Positions 23,789 through 24,000 of a DNA stretch of 24,000 nucleotides are shown here, piece by piece. The DNA lies in the sequence record PP429227.1; one strand, given 5' to 3'. Within the stretch, counting starts at the first letter, position 1; the number at the start of each line of letters is the position of its first letter. The position numbers and the translations under genes were made by a program. Source of the stretch: Rhizobium phage IG49. A model generated the notes under the pieces. That model was not told where the DNA came from, did no database searches, and saw only the letters and a program-made list of their open reading frames with translations.

Positions 23789-24000
23789 CACGAATCAAAA
23801 ATACCACTCGGATTGAAGCCAACCTCCTGGCTTACTCTCAGCATCCGACTCACAACATCAAACTAGCCACTTTCGAAGTGGTCCTTCCGGCTATCATTTG
23901 GCCTGAGGTCTTGACACACAAGGTCTTCTCTCGGAATGCAGCAAGTTTCCGTGCTGTTCCGACGAAGACTTTTGTCCAGGAAATCATGGACCGTCCTTAC
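23785..24000 (+). CDS. thyX: FAD-dependent thymidylate synthase (ThyX)-like protein, N-terminal part, truncated by window edge
   Basis: LLAYSQHPTHNIKLATFEVVLPAIIWPEVLTHKVFSRNAASFRAVPTKTFVQEIM resembles the ThyX ELxTHRxFSRNASSSRAxP signature. Confidence 0.75.
   Translation, partial: MTRIKNTTRIEANLLAYSQHPTHNIKLATFEVVLPAIIWPEVLTHKVFSRNAASFRAVPTKTFVQEIMDRPY

Noticed and set aside
1-24000. CRISPR array, tRNA genes, rRNA, integrase/transposon or toxin-antitoxin defence island
   Set aside because: Scanned by eye; no direct-repeat/spacer array, no tRNA T-loop in a cloverleaf context, no transposase/integrase motifs. The only mobile genes seen are the homing endonucleases. Short tRNAs could be missed without tRNAscan-SE.

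Overview
The window reads as part of a lytic, T4-superfamily-like myovirus genome. The host is probably an alphaproteobacterium, but that is a guess from compositional feel only. Genes are densely packed, almost all on the + strand, often with ATGA-type overlaps. Recognisable modules: (i) C-terminus of a DnaB-like replicative helicase (1-413) and a RuvC-like nuclease (1076-1663); (ii) a pyrimidine-nucleotide operon (2856-6486) with an HD phosphohydrolase, dNMP kinase, MazG-like NTP pyrophosphatase, a very divergent thymidylate-synthase-fold enzyme whose LPFN-type motif is WPYD (Asp for Asn, as in dCMP hydroxymethylases), and an unknown 368-aa protein; (iii) a 65-aa release-factor-domain-like protein that lacks the GGQ loop; (iv) a TM protein plus an SPFH/prohibitin lipoprotein; (v) a DinG/XPD-like Fe-S helicase; (vi) UDP-galactopyranose mutase; (vii) T4-type sliding clamp and clamp loader genes (45-44-62 order); (viii) the start of a ThyX-like gene at the right edge. 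Two GIY-YIG homing endonuclease genes are the only minus-strand genes and abut the stops of their upstream neighbours. One HNH ORF is on the plus strand. Intergenic regions carry a recurring promoter-like element (TTTACa-N17-TATGGT/TATAAg). Many copies are combined with inverted repeats whose left arm lies before the predicted start of transcription. Three are preceded by hairpins, two or three of them with an identical TTAATT loop. No tRNA, rRNA or CRISPR array was recognised. All functional calls come from motif recognition by eye; no database search was run.
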